The notes: generated by a model not told the origin, from the sequence alone. 64,000 nt of DNA from Penicillus capitatus (GCA_965649825.1 OZ287701.1:1043101-1107100), one strand, 5' to 3'. Numbered from the stretch's first letter, positions 37,736 to 51,053 are shown. Numbers and translations: made by a program.

Positions 37736-38006
37736 AAGCCGCCCTGCCCCACCATCAATGCCCTCGGCCATAACCTCCGTCTGAGCCAGATTTACTCGTC
37801 ATGCTGTCAAGGATCGCCCTGCCTGGGGTAGCTCGTGAGGTAGTCTGGTCTCCATTCGCAACTGACCAGGCTGATTCGGATTCCAAAGATGTGATCTGTC
37901 CTTCTTTCATTGTGAAACGAGTCATTTACAACACGTGGCCCTTGTTCAAGTGGCTGATATGCGTTATGCACTGCCACTATAATCCCTTTAAATGATGATG
38001 ATGATG

Positions 38007-39730
38007 AAGAAAATCTTGGCTACAGCGTCCACAAAAGCGACACTTTTGTATCTTTGTCAATCTCAAATTAGGAGATGGTCCTGTCGTAGGGGACAGTTGT
38101 TAGCTTCGCTGTCGTACTACTTGGACAGATGTCCCCTTCCGGGTCATATCATCATTAAGATGCTTGAACGCGTCCCCTGTATGAACTCTGCCTCCTCTGT
38201 AATCCCCTGTGTTGTAGCTTATTCCTAACGGATTCTATCAAGAAGGTGACATTCTTGACCACTGTCATTTGGTCGAGCGCGTTTGGCATCGGCCATTGGT
38301 TCCGCGTCGTGAATTCTTCAAAAGACCAAACGTTTTTTACACCTAATTCATCATGGAGTCTGTATTTATCGCTTCGATCGCAGCATCCCATCAGTTTTGC
38401 CTGTCGCATCGGACTGTCATCTTTCTGATCCCTCGTCACCAATGTGACATCATGCTTCCGTACCATGAGGAGTTCACACCACCAAACCATCTCCGGCGCA
38501 ATAGTGGCCGTGGGAAAACTTGCAACCACCTTCCTCGACCTAGTCGGAAGCTCCTTGAAGAGCGTCTTCATCTGTGTCTCTCGCGGAAGCCCAGATTGAG
38601 CAGCCAGAACCCTAAACTTTCGGCAAACTATGGCAACTGTTGCGCGCCCGGCCATCTCCGGCCGCTGACGACAAGAGGCGGCGGGCTGCCTACTCTGAGT
38701 GATGCAGGTCAAGTGACGTTCGCGCAGAGGAAGTCGTGTCGTTCGCGTTCCTGGCCTCCCTACGGTCGAGGGCCTCGTATGCGTTGCTACGCATACGGCG
38801 TCCTCGGCCATATCTCCTTCCCACGTGTCGGCCTCGTCTTCCTGGACTTAGTGGATGGTCGTTCTCAGGCGTTCCCCTACGGGGTTCCTCCACGTCACGT
38901 CCCACTCCTGATGGTCCTGCTTCTGCGAGATCCACAGGACGATCGTCCTGGATGGAGCTGCGCCTGGAGTCAAAGAGACCGGTGTTGTGAACCACCCGGT
39001 CAGCACCTCGCTGAAATAAATCTGTAGCGTCAGTGCTCCTGCGCTCCGCCTCCCTGAAGTGGCCGAGCGCGGCAAGGAACGGAGGGTTCTGGTATAACGG
39101 CGGATACGGCACAGTCGCACGCGGAATGTGTTGGAAATGTAGCATCCTATCCACTGTTCGTAGCCGTCTGAAGCGGTTCGTTCCATGGTAACCACCTTTG
39201 GCGCGCTGTCCGTCAGATGCGACGGGTGCTAGCCTCCGAACCGAATTCTTCATAACAGTCGGGCGATGGTTTTCGAACATGCCCTGAAGTTCGCGACTGA
39301 TAGCTGTTGGGGTTAGGAAATCCACAACCATCGTGGGTATTTAAAGACCGACAATCCTCTTGTAATAATCTCGATTTCCTGTGCTATCGTTTGAGTGTTC
39401 ATTCGCGTCGTCGTTCGTGCGTCTTCGACTCGGTACTTCTGTGAATTCGTTACAACGATCCCGATAGAATGTGTGGTGCTTCGTCGTCGGCCAGAGTGAA
39501 CGTACGGACGTAAACACGAACTGAGTAAAATTCCTTACAAACGCAAAAGGGCAAAGCACCAACGTTTCTCCACCTCTTATCCCGCTCAGGTGATGCGACC
39601 CTCTAGGCAGATGAGTCATCCCTCGCCCGGAGCCAGAGAATAAGGATCCCTCGTGGTCCGGGGTCCCCTCTGACAAGACCCGGAGTGTCCCTTGTACGCG
39701 TGGGCCCGTCGTCAGCAAGACAGTCCCATC
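38007..39730 (-). mobile_element. Putative element X, copy 2 (more complete), with ORFs 38690-39331 and 38155-38811
   Basis: Retains the 343-bp segment missing in copy 1 and an unbroken gag-like ORF; motif B at 39603-39730. Identity as a mobile element is an inference. Confidence 0.3.
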
Positions 39731-41515
39731 AACCGTTTTCCTCCCATATGCTCAGTCATCGTCATCTTACCGACACCACGCATACGCGTTACACTTAAAT
39801 CTGCGCACCATGCGACTTCGTGGTTCTTAGCGACGGGGCCGTCGTTCGGGGCACTGTCTTTGGCGTTGGATAGCGCGTCTATGCTGTGAATGTCCCATCA
39901 GATGCGATGGGATTCGAGTGAGATTTATGAGGATGGCTGTGGCAGAGCGAGAATCACAGTTTAGTCAAGTGACTGTGAGATAACATAATGATGAGTCAAT
40001 ACACAGAACGTAGTGTAACGTCACATCATTGTACACAAGGTGCTTCGCGGATTCGCCGTCGTTTCACGCGTCGCGTCGTCGCCACAGTAAAGCACTGAGT
40101 TCTCATTTCCCAAGTGCGTAACAGCAACGTTTCCCCTTTTCTCTTTGAATCTGCAAGAACCCTTTCGCCAAAAGTTTCCTTTACGTTCAAACATAGGCAG
40201 AGGAGGTTCATCTTGAAAAATTGCCACTCGCCCGTCTCTGACCTGGTATTCTACCGTCTGCATTCGATATGCTCTGAGACACCAAGCATCTCAACCCCAT
40301 TAAGGTCTATGTCAACCGTAATCATTATCCTCGGCAAGTCTTCCAAGGAGTCAGTCGTTTTGCATTCGGCCGTAGGAAGGAGCTCCGTTATTTTTGGTTC
40401 CTTGAAATGGAGATGGAATGATTCCACATCAGTTTGTTTTTAGGCTGTCTATCGGAAAGACCGAGCGGACTTGTTTCAGTAAGGATCTTCAAGAGGGGAT
40501 AGGACAGCGAAAATTCTGAATCGCGATTCTTCCTCCTTTCTTCGGCATCTCTAGCTAGCAGTTATTTCATTGGCACGCATTTCCAGCGATTGGCAACCTT
40601 GGCGAAATGCAGCCATCGCATAAGCATCTTATATGAAACAACTCATTGACACCTGCATTCAGTCCGGCCTAGCAAGATTTTCTGTTTAGCCGAAGGTAAC
40701 ATTTTGTTGACGCGGCGTTAGTCTGGTAACTTTGCTAAATGTTTTGGAGTACATTGCCGTGCTTGTTTTGCGTGTTTTTTCTTTTCACTTACCCAAGTCA
40801 GCGTTTGGAATATCCACTGATGCTCTATGTTCTGTCGTTGCCAACGTACTGTACGTTACGACATCATCTGCGCAGATGTGTGTCTGGCCTTTTTCAAGTA
40901 CGAGTAAAAAGCGAAGTCTTTTTCTTGTTTTGGACAAATCTGACGTTATTGACAAGAGGATAGCAGTCATTTCAGATTTGCTGCAAACGCGTCATCACCA
41001 TCGACCGACAAAGGACACAAAGATTCTTTCTCTAAACAAGAATTATTTCTCGTAATAACACTTTCCCTTCGCGATATGACACGAATGTGGCAACCGTTCA
41101 ATTGCTTCGTCCGCAGCACTGTAAAATGTCGAGAATCTTGCCAATTTGTGAAACATTCCTCAACGGCAAAGAACTCTCCTCTTACAGCTCTAGCCCGTTT
41201 TTTAGCCACTTTCATCGATACCCATACATACTTGAGTGACATGGGTTGTACTTTAATGCACTTAATAAAGCGCTTAAATCACATATCCACCAAATGAAAG
41301 CACACACTAGACGAGCCAGAACATCTGGTTATCATATGTGGAACATAAGACGCCCAAAGACAAGTAAATCTTCTTCAACATACCGGAACATTAAGGAAAG
41401 TCGTTTTCTCCACCATCGAAACACTTGTGACGGAAAATGGGCAAAAAACATATAAGTGGTGACGTGTCTCGATTGCTTGAGTTCTGTGAACGTTTATTCA
41501 GAAAGTCTCTTTCAT

Positions 41516-44500
41516 TCATTCTTTCGTCACAAGGTTCTCCAACAAGCCCGGAAACTTCTCTTCAAAACCTTTCTTCAAATACTCAAGTTGCTTGTCGAGA
41601 GCTTCTCCTTCCCAGCTCCCAATCTCATGCGATGATAATGCATGCAACACGAAGGGAACTTTCTTATCTTTTGTAGAAAGAGCCAGTGTGAACGAATTTT
41701 GAACAAAGATGAGCAAGAGGTTGCTCTTTAAGGCAGAGATACTTGATTTATGAATCCAATCAAGTCTTGATTCGCTCGGTGTTGTTTCTGGAGTTTGCTG
41801 ACTGGAAAAATGTTCGCTGCCACGCAGTTTCTGAATCATCGGATTATGATCGTCCACGAGGGTAAGAGCCGTCTTAACGACTCTCCTGATAGCCTTCAAC
41901 GCATTCGAACGCACATCGCTGTGTTTTCCGATGGATCCTCTATCGAGCATTGGCATAAATTTGCCGACAAGATGCGCCGCTGCCTCCAGGGCCTGAAACG
42001 CTGCCGAACACACATCGCGGTGTTCGTCGATGCACCCTCTCTCGAGCATCGGCATAAATTTATCCACAAGTTTCGGCGCTGCCTCGATGACCAAGCCGAG
42101 GGTCTCTATTACTGTCAGACGCACGAAAAAATCTTCGTCGCTTTGAACTTTCTCGATAATCGGCAAGAGGATATTCGAGAGGTGTGGCGTTGCCCCGATG
42201 ACCTTGCCGACGACCTCGGATGTGGTCGAACGCACGAAATATACTTCGTCGGTACACCCTCCATAAAAAAGCATAAGCAATTTGCCTGCGAGGTTTGGCG
42301 CCGCGTTCACGACATCGGATACAGCCTCTATTGCATTTTGACGCACGAAGAAGTTTTTGTCGGCGCATCCCGCCTCCAACAACGAGAATAGTTTGCTCAG
42401 GATGTCCGATGAGTCAGCGACGACACTTCCAATTGCCATCATCATCGCTGCTTTACGCACGTCCGAGTCTTTGTCGCCACACAACTTAGCTAGCGTCAGC
42501 AGAGCATCGCCGGCGTGTTGAGGCGCCGCTGTGACGACACTTTCGATCGCCGTCACAGTTGCTTTACGCACGTCCGAGTCTTTGTCGCCACACAACTTAG
42601 CTAGCGTCAGCAGAGCATCGCCGGCGTGTTGAGGCGCCGCTGTGACGACACTTTCGATCGCCGTCACAGTTGCTTTACGCACGTCCGAGTCTTTGTCGCC
42701 ACACAACTTAGCTAGCGTCAGCAGAGCATCGCCGGCGTGTTGAGGCGCCGCTGTGACGACACTTTCGATCGCCGTCACAGTTGCTTTACGCACGTCCGAG
42801 TATTTGTCGCCACACAACTTAGCTAGCGTCAGCAGAGCATCGCCGGCGTGTTGAGGCGCCGCCGCAACGGCTCTTTGAATAGCCGTCATCGCTGCTTGAC
42901 TTACGTACGGGCTTTCGCCCAAGTACAACATAGCCAACGTCGGCAAAGCCACGCCGGCGTGTTGAGGCGACGCCGCGACGACACTTCCGATCTCCGTGAC
43001 CGCTGCACGACGCACGTGCCAGTCTGTGTCGTTGCACAATATAGACAACGTCGACAGAGACCAGCCGGCGTGTTGAGGTGCCGCCGCGACGACACTTCCG
43101 ATCGCCGTCGCCGCTGATATGCGAACGTCCGAGTTTCCGTCGTCGCGCAACTTAGACAACGTCGGCAGAACCTCGCCGGCGTGTTGAGGGGCCGCCGCGA
43201 CGACACTTCCGATCGCCGCCACCGCTGCTTTACGCACGGCCGACTTTATGTCGTCGCTCAACTTAGACAACGTCGGCAAAGCCACGCCGGCGTGTTGAGG
43301 CGACGCCGCAACGACACTTCCAATTGCCGTGACCGCTGCACGACGCACGTGCCAGTCTGTGTCACGGCACCCTTTAACCAGCGTCGGCAGGACCTCGCTG
43401 GCGTATTTAGGCGGCGCCGCAGCGATACTTCCAATGGCCGTGACCGCTGCATGACGCATGTGCCAGTCTGCGTTGTCGCACCATTTAGCCAGCGTCGGCA
43501 GAGCCTCGCCGGCGTGTTGAGGCGCCGCCGCGACGACACTTCCAATAGCTGTTGTTGCGTCTCGACGTACAAACATGTTTTCGCCGCCGCACCCTTCAGC
43601 CAGCGTCAGTAGAGCATCTCTGGCGTGTTGAGGCGCCGCCGCAACGGCTCTTTCAATCGCCGTCATCGCTGCTTGTCGTACATACGGGCTTTCGCTCAAG
43701 CACAACATAGACAACGTCAGCAGAGCCTCGCCGGCGTGTTGAGGTGCCGCCGCGACGACACCTCCGATCGCCGTCGCCGCTGATATGCGAACGTCCGAGT
43801 TTCCGTCGCCGCACAACATAGACAACGTCGGCAGGACCTCGCTCGCGTGTTGAGGCGCCGCCGCGACGACACTTCCAATGGCCGTGACAGCTGCATGACG
43901 CATGTGCCAGTCTGCGTCGTCGCACCTTTCAGCCAGCGTCAGCAGAGCCTCGCCGGCGTGTTTAGACGACGTCACTGCGACACTTCCGATCGCCGTCACC
44001 GCTGATATGCGAACGTCCGAGTTTCCGTCGCCGCACAACATAGACAACGTCGGCAGGACCTCGCTCGCGTGTTGAGGCGCCGCCGCGACGACACTTCCAA
44101 TGGCCGTGACAGCTGCATGACGCATGTGCCAGTCTGCGTCGTCGCACCCTTCAGCCAGCGTCAGCAGAGCCTCGCCGGCGTGTTTAGACGACGCCACTGC
44201 GACACTTCCGATCGCCGTCACCGCTGATATGCGAACGTCCGAGTTTCCGTCGCCGCACAACATAGACAACGTCGGCAGGACCTCGCTCGCGTGTTGAGGC
44301 GCCGCCGCGACGACACTTTTAATCGCCGCGACCGCTGCATGACGCACGTTCCAGTCTGTGTCATCGTGCTTATCAGCCAACGTCAACAGAGCCTCGCCGG
44401 CGTGTTTAGACGACGCCACTGCGACACTTCCGATCGCCGTCACCGCTGCTTTACGCACGTCCGAGTCTTCGTCGCCACACAACTTAGCCAACGTCGGCAA

Positions 44501-47500
44501 AGCCTCGCTGGCGTGTTGAGGCGCCGCTGCGACAACACTTCCAATCGCCGTCAAAGCTACTTGACGCATGTCTGGGCTTTTGTCGCTGAACCACTTAGTC
44601 GATCTCGGCGGAGTCCCACAGGCGTGAAGATATGCCGCCAGACCGACCCTTCCGATAGCCGTTGTCGCTGCTTGACGCACGTGCCAGTCTGTGTCATCGC
44701 GCTTTTTAGCCAACGTCAACAAAGCCTCGCCGGCGTGTTGAGGCGCCGCCGCAACGACATTTCCAAGTGCGATCATCGCTGCTTTACGCGCGTCCTTGTT
44801 TCCGTCGCCACACATCTTAGCCAGCGTCGGCAGCGCCTCGCTGGCGTGTTGAGGGGACGATGCGACGACACTTCCAATTGCCATTACCGCTGTTTTACGC
44901 ACGTCCGAGTCTTGGTCGCCACACAACTTAGATAACGTCGGCAGAGACCAGCCGGCGTGTTGAGGGGCCGTTGCGACGACTCTCCCTATCACCGTCACCG
45001 CTGCTTTACGCACGTCCGACTTTCCGTCGCCGCACAACATAGACAACGTCGGCAGGACCTCGCTGGCGTGTTGAGGCGCCGCCGCAACGACACTTCCAAT
45101 CGCCGTGACCGCTGCATGACGCACGTTCCAGTCTGTGTCATCGTGCTTATCAGCCAACGTCAACAAAGCCTCGCCGGCGTGTTGAGGCGCCGCCGCAACG
45201 ACATTTCCAAGTGCGATCATCGCCGCTTGACGTGCGTCCTTGTTTCCGTCGCCGCACAACTTAGCCAGTGTCGTCAGCGTCTCGCCGGCGTGTTTAGGCG
45301 CCGCCTCGACGACATTTCCGAGTGCGGTCATTGCCGCTTGACGCACGTACCGGTCTCCGTGGCCGCACATCTTAACCATCGTGGGCAGAACCTCGCTGGC
45401 TTGTTTGGGCAATTGTTCTGCGATGAAACCTAACCTTTCTATGCACTGCTTTTTAGTGCGGCGACCGTCCGGTTTTTCCACTTTTTGCAATACGAATTGA
45501 ATTATCATTTCACTTTGCTTCAGATGATTGCTTGTGAGCTGTAAGACATCTGCGATCTTCGCCATTTCTTCACGTGTTAAGTCATGCACAGAAGTCAGCG
45601 TTTTCTTTGCTTCTTCGATGGTGTTGTTGAGAACTTGAGGTAATTCTTCCAAAATGTGAGGCAGTTGTTGTAACTCTTGGATAACGATTTTACGAATCGG
45701 AAGATCGTCTATAGTGCGCTCGAGCAGTTGACGAGCACTTTTTACGAGTTTGACCACTTCTCTGGCCTTCAAAAGTTCTTTCAAATCATCCTCATCAGTT
45801 CCTTCCAGTGTTGCCTCGAGTACTCGCATCCTAAGGAAAAAGTGCTGTATCCCCAGAACTTCGATGGGTGCTTCGTCGACAAGCGAAAGCATCTCTTGCA
45901 TTACAGTCTTGCTTCTCCCTTGTGCTAAGGAGTTCATAGCGAAGGAAAGTGTCAGTGCATGCTTTCGATTGTATTTTTCTTGTCGAATGAACTCCACCAC
46001 TCTTCCCTCGTCCGATCCTTTTGTTCTTAGGGTTTTTGCAATATATCTTGCGGCAAAGTATTGCTGAAACGATTCGTGAGGGAACTGATACTTTTGGCAC
46101 TCCGACACGGGCAAGAGGAGTCCGCTCTCTTTGAATGTTCGAGTTGCATTCTTTGACGTTGCATGGCTGTCGACATAGCTTTCGTGGATGAGAACTGCTT
46201 TATGGCGAAGCGATTCAAAGGCGATCTTTTCCAGAGTCTGAAAGAGTTCCGCTTTCTGAGTGTTTTCTCTGGTTGGCTTTCCTTCAAACTTTTCCCAGAC
46301 AAAGTTCGTTATGTCGTTGTATATCTGGAACATGCTCGCTCTCTTTCTTCGTTCTTCCGTTGTGCTTCCGTGCTTCTTCGACAAGGAACAGAGAACGCTT
46401 GCCGTCGCTGGAATGTGCGCCACCTCCCATAAGGCTTTTTTGGGTTTTTCGAGATACTGGATGAGCCTCTGAGCTTCGTATTCGGACAACTCGCTCTCTA
46501 TGTAGTCGCGCAATTGTCCGTCGTCGAATCCGAGGCACTCAACTTGAATGTCAACGAGTGTTTCCACGTCTCTCGTGTTGTACGGACGAGAAAGAAACAG
46601 CACCTTGCAGGATCGCTCCCATATGGTTGACAAGAGGTCGATCGCATGGTCATCTGTCTCTTCCAGTCCATCGAAAATGAGCAGTGTTGAAGGGTCGTCG
46701 AGATCGAGTTCCACTCGAGCGACTAGGTCTTCGTAGTCAGAAGTGTGCTTGCTTTCGGGGAAGCATATCTGCGATACAGCTTCTTCGAGTCTTGTCCACC
46801 TCTGTCCGTCGTGCCCTCCACTGTTGAGATGACTCGCCGGCACAACGTAAACGGCGTTGAAATCCTGTGCCATTTCTTCCATTGCCCATCTGTGTGCAAT
46901 GACTCTTGCGATGCACGTCTTTCCCGAGCCGGGGTTTCCGTAGAGAAGCACTCTCTGAACTTCGATTTCCGGGTCTCCGGGTTTGAGAGCTCTTCGTTTG
47001 AACAGGTCGTCTAGAGCAATACGGTTTCTGAATCTTGTCTTCTCCTCATAGTATTCCTTCGCTTGGTTCTCTCCGCGGTTTAAAGATACTCTTGATTCAG
47101 TCTCCCGTACTTCTACGATATCGTCAGGAATGACGACGTGGTGCCTCATGTCCTTGACATGTTTGAGAGATCCTTCTTCGGTCAAAGAAGTCACCTGCAT
47201 GAACAAGACGCTCTTATCGACTTGGGTGTGCTTCTCGCTGTGATACCGTCGCAAAATCGCTGTGCAAGTATCTCTGCCTCAACTCTTCTTGATGTGCATT
47301 CATGACAGCAAGTGGAATGTACCCCACGTCTCTGCCAATCTTAGTCAACAATTCTTCGTGTTCCGGCACGATCCCTTGCAAACTTCCAGCTCGAAGCTTG
47401 TCTTCTAGGCTGTTTCCGTCCAACCATTCCATGAGCGCGTCTCTAGTGGAGCCCTCGCAAGATTGATGTAACGCTTCGAGTGCTTCTCTGGTCGTTTCGT

Positions 47501-48785
47501 TGCCTTGGCCAGTATAGCGGTGCACGTCGTATATGACATCCAAGAGTGCCATCAAGATGTCGTCATCGTCGATCCATCCTTCGCCGACGGCTTGCTGCGT
47601 TGCCAGATCCGACAACATGATCGTTGCTTCTCTGCGAGTTCTCTCCGACGATCCTTCGATTGCGAGCATGCCCAACTCGTCAATGATTCCAAATCTCAGC
47701 GCCTTCAACTCTTCGCCGTTTTCTATCTTTTGTTGATTCGCTATTGTGCTACTGTACGCGGACTCGAAGGCAACAAGGTTAATTTCGTCCTTCGTTGCTT
47801 TCAGCCTTGCCGCCATCAGATCCCAAAGCGAGTCGAACCAAGGTCTCTTCGACATTTTCGACATTTCGACAACGGAGACCTGATTTCTTTCGCTTGAGTC
47901 CTCATGGACCGTCGGATCGATGTCGCCCCTTGCCCGATTTCTAAAAGAATGAAAAACGCGCACGAATCCACGTAATCCATCCAACACATGTTGTCTCGTC
48001 TGGGCATCTCGTGTACTAGTGTCTTCACATGCAACTTGTGAAGAAGCGTCTTCTTTAAGGCGTTCCACCTCGTGACGAAGAACTTGGAAATGCAAATCCA
48101 CAGAGTACAGCTTGCAGGAGAGTTTCATAGTTCTCTCTTTCTCTGCAATGGTTCTACTCAACGCTTGCTTCTCTTCTTTGCGGATCTTGTTTTGATTGAC
48201 GGCATTAAGCAGAAAAAGGGTTTGTTGAAGTGTGAGAAAGGTCCATTTGTGCTCCGAGAAGTTCTCTCTGTCAAGGTTCGGTGTCGCAGATAGACTTCCC
48301 AAAAGCTTCCTTGCCACGACCACCAGCTGCTTGGCGCCATCGTACACAGATGGATTAATGCACACAAGTGCCCTGTGAATGGCGGCGGCGAATTTAGGTT
48401 TTAGGAATTCTCCCTCGGATATACTGGAACAAAGGTCGCGGATCAATTTCTTCAGAATATTAGCCTCGCTTGTGGAGCGTGGGACGACGTTGGCCAGTTC
48501 CGCATACTCAAGGACGGCCTCCGGCGCGAGACAATCTTCGCTTCGTTCGTGATAGTTGCGCAGCCATCCGACGAGAACGGCGCGTTCGGCTTCGTCCGTG
48601 GTCGCGTTGTAAGCCGCAACAAGTGACTTTGTGCTGTCGATGTTGTGTTTCTTCACGACAGTACGCAGAAGGATTCGTCCGTAACGTTCTTCGGTCTCCA
48701 CGTTTCGTGATGTGAGCTCATTGCCAGATTCCGACGCAGATGGCCGAACGCCACTGGGTCCTTCGTCAGGAGCTCGGGCTTGCAT
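41516..48785 (-). CDS. NLR-like STAND protein paralog 2: helical N-domain, NACHT, 27 HEAT-type repeats plus caps (about 2405 aa)
   Basis: Exon 48785-47247, 52-nt GT-AG intron 47246-47195, exon 47194-41516. GNPGSGKT, LLIFDGLEE, FLSRPY, FPHESFQQYFAARY. Confidence 0.92.
42359..45358 (-). repeat. Array of 27 x 111-bp HEAT-coding units
   Basis: Units counted from the translation. Near-exact 111-bp triplication at about 42460-42840 and 222-bp repeats at about 43760-44300. Confidence 0.95.
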
Positions 48786-51053
48786 GTTTGCTTGTGGTCT
48801 GCAGGATAAAACGTATTCGCTTGTCGTTCAGCTAAAGGGACAAATCAACTTACCGTCGGATAGAGTTCGCAACAGAGTTCGCAGTAGAGAAAGATGCGCC
48901 GACGTTGTCGTTGACGTTAAATGCAAGTAAATAGATTGATTTGACTGACGCATCTGTCAGAAGAACAGATCCCATCCACAGATGCAGCTATCGAGAAGGA
49001 CAGAGGTGGTTATCACTACTGAACGTCTTTTGTCTGTGACCATGGACGGGTCCTGCATAAAATCTCTGAAGACATCGCAGAGAGACACAGATATCTCAGA
49101 ACAGGAGAGAACTCAGAGCATAGTAAGATGAACTTCGGTTGGCATAGTCAATTAGCAACAGGCAGTATCCATGAACACTGCCATGATCGTCCAGAATCAT
49201 ACAAAAGGTAATACTCGTCATAGCATGCCAGTCAATACGATTGAGGTAATGAAGAATAGCTGCAGTTGAGAGGCAAAGGTCGAGAACAAATCATCAATGC
49301 TCCAAAAAATGATCATCCGAGATGCTTCACTCCGTTAATCTCACATCGTCAACCAGTACCTTCCTTCGTCGAGAATACTCCTCGGCATCGACCCGCGTAT
49401 TTACTCAGCGCTCTGTTTCTACAATCTTCATCAGCTGCAAAACGCGTCATCCAGTGTCCATTGAATTCGGCCTGCCGAAGATGGAATCCAATCTAACGAT
49501 GTCCAGTCGCGCCTACCGCAAACAGACGGCCGTCCAACGCACAGAGCTATTCAGTGAGACAAACTCCTAATCCAAACAGCTTTGTCGTCGACCGAACAAG
49601 ACATCTCCACTTCTCTTCCGTTTTCAATCCGCCGAACAGGCAGTTTGTTCCGAACAGCTTCGAACATTTCACTGCTGCATTGTGCTACTTATTCAAAAAC
49701 GCGAAGCAGTTTGACGAGAAGACGACCTTCGTCTCCGCGACGACCTCGCGTCCTCCTTCAGCTCCTCAACTGGAGCATCACTTGAATAATGGGCGAATGT
49801 GGAAGAAGTATCGTACGGCTTCCGTATACGTGAGTCTTCGGTCACAGATGAAAGCCGTCGTCGAGATCAGGTAGCCTTATGCTCGTCCACGAGCTCTCCA
49901 TGTCGGCAGGTGCCGTTGTGAAGGCCAGATACGTCGATAGATCCCTTTCGTCCTTGGACCGAATCACCATTCAACCACTAAAATTCACTCCAACCACATT
50001 TGTGTCATTGATGCACGCGATCCCTTCTCTGCTGTGAACTTAATCATTGCACACACAGACGTGTGGAGATTCGAACGGCACAGAGAAATCTGAAAGGCGC
50101 ACGTAATGTGCAAGACAGGGCACTGCAGCATACTACAAAACAGGTTTCGACGTTGCCCATGAGAACCGTTAGCTCTTCGCTGAATGCATGAAGCGGCAGA
50201 GATACATGTCGATCATAGGGATCCTTGTACGATCCACCTGAATGGTAGGCGATATCCTTCTCTAACGAACGCTCTCCTCGAGTAGACACAATAGACCAGT
50301 GGATCTCAACAGATTCAGACAGAGACGGACTGAGGAAGTGCAAGACGAGAACGGGAATGTATAGCAACAGCAGCTCGATTTCCATGACTTCAGTAACGCT
50401 CAAACTCCTTCCAACGCTCAGGTCGCTGCAAAAGTGAGATCTATAAGTCCATCTCCACAAGGTGCTTGAATGGCAAAACTGTTCAGAAATGACATGACCC
50501 ATTCTTCTTCCTTGTCACGGAAGAAGGATATTGAAAATTCTTTCTACGTTTTCATCGGCAAGAAGACTGGGAGTGATGCGCTATATCCGACACTCCCAGT
50601 CCATGCAATGTACAGTTTGATCTTCTTCGTTCTAACGCATTTCTAGCAGTTCCATCCAGGATATTTTCCACGACTCCATGCCCTTCTGTCTGTTACTTTA
50701 TGCAAAGAAAAGAACGCCGCTTATTCACATAGATTCTAAAACCCCAACGATCTGTGCACGAATCGGGAAATTCTTTTAGAGATCAGCCTCAAAGCCACAC
50801 ATGGTCGCTGCCACGGCAAAGAGATTCCACGATATCAAACTACGTTGAAACACTCGTGAGCTTGTAACGTCGAACAAGGTGAACAGCTTGATACAACAAT
50901 AAAAAGCGAAATGTCCTCTCTCTGCAAAGAACAGCAGCAGTCTGCGGATGAGAACCATTCATAAGAGCTCGCCAATCAGCAAGACTGCCATCTCTAGTCT
51001 GCAAAAAGACATGGCCGTTGATCGCATCGGCAAAAACGAAAGCATATCCACTG

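Larger units (their letters stand above)
31399..38006 (+). mobile_element. Non-LTR retrotransposon (LINE, I-group-like: gag-like ORF1, APE endonuclease, RT, RNase H-like, CCHC), apparently near full length but with inactivating lesions
   Basis: ORF1 zinc knuckles CENCGTLAEHDARAC and CNICHGNHRSADC; EN motifs GGDFNSH, WIDLT, SDH; RT motifs RPISLL, QFGFR, LDLSSAFD, PQGSPLSPLLFNLY, YADD, KYLG; 3' tail (ATG)5 at 37992-38006. The 5' boundary is defined only by the end of the duplication homology. Confidence 0.93.
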
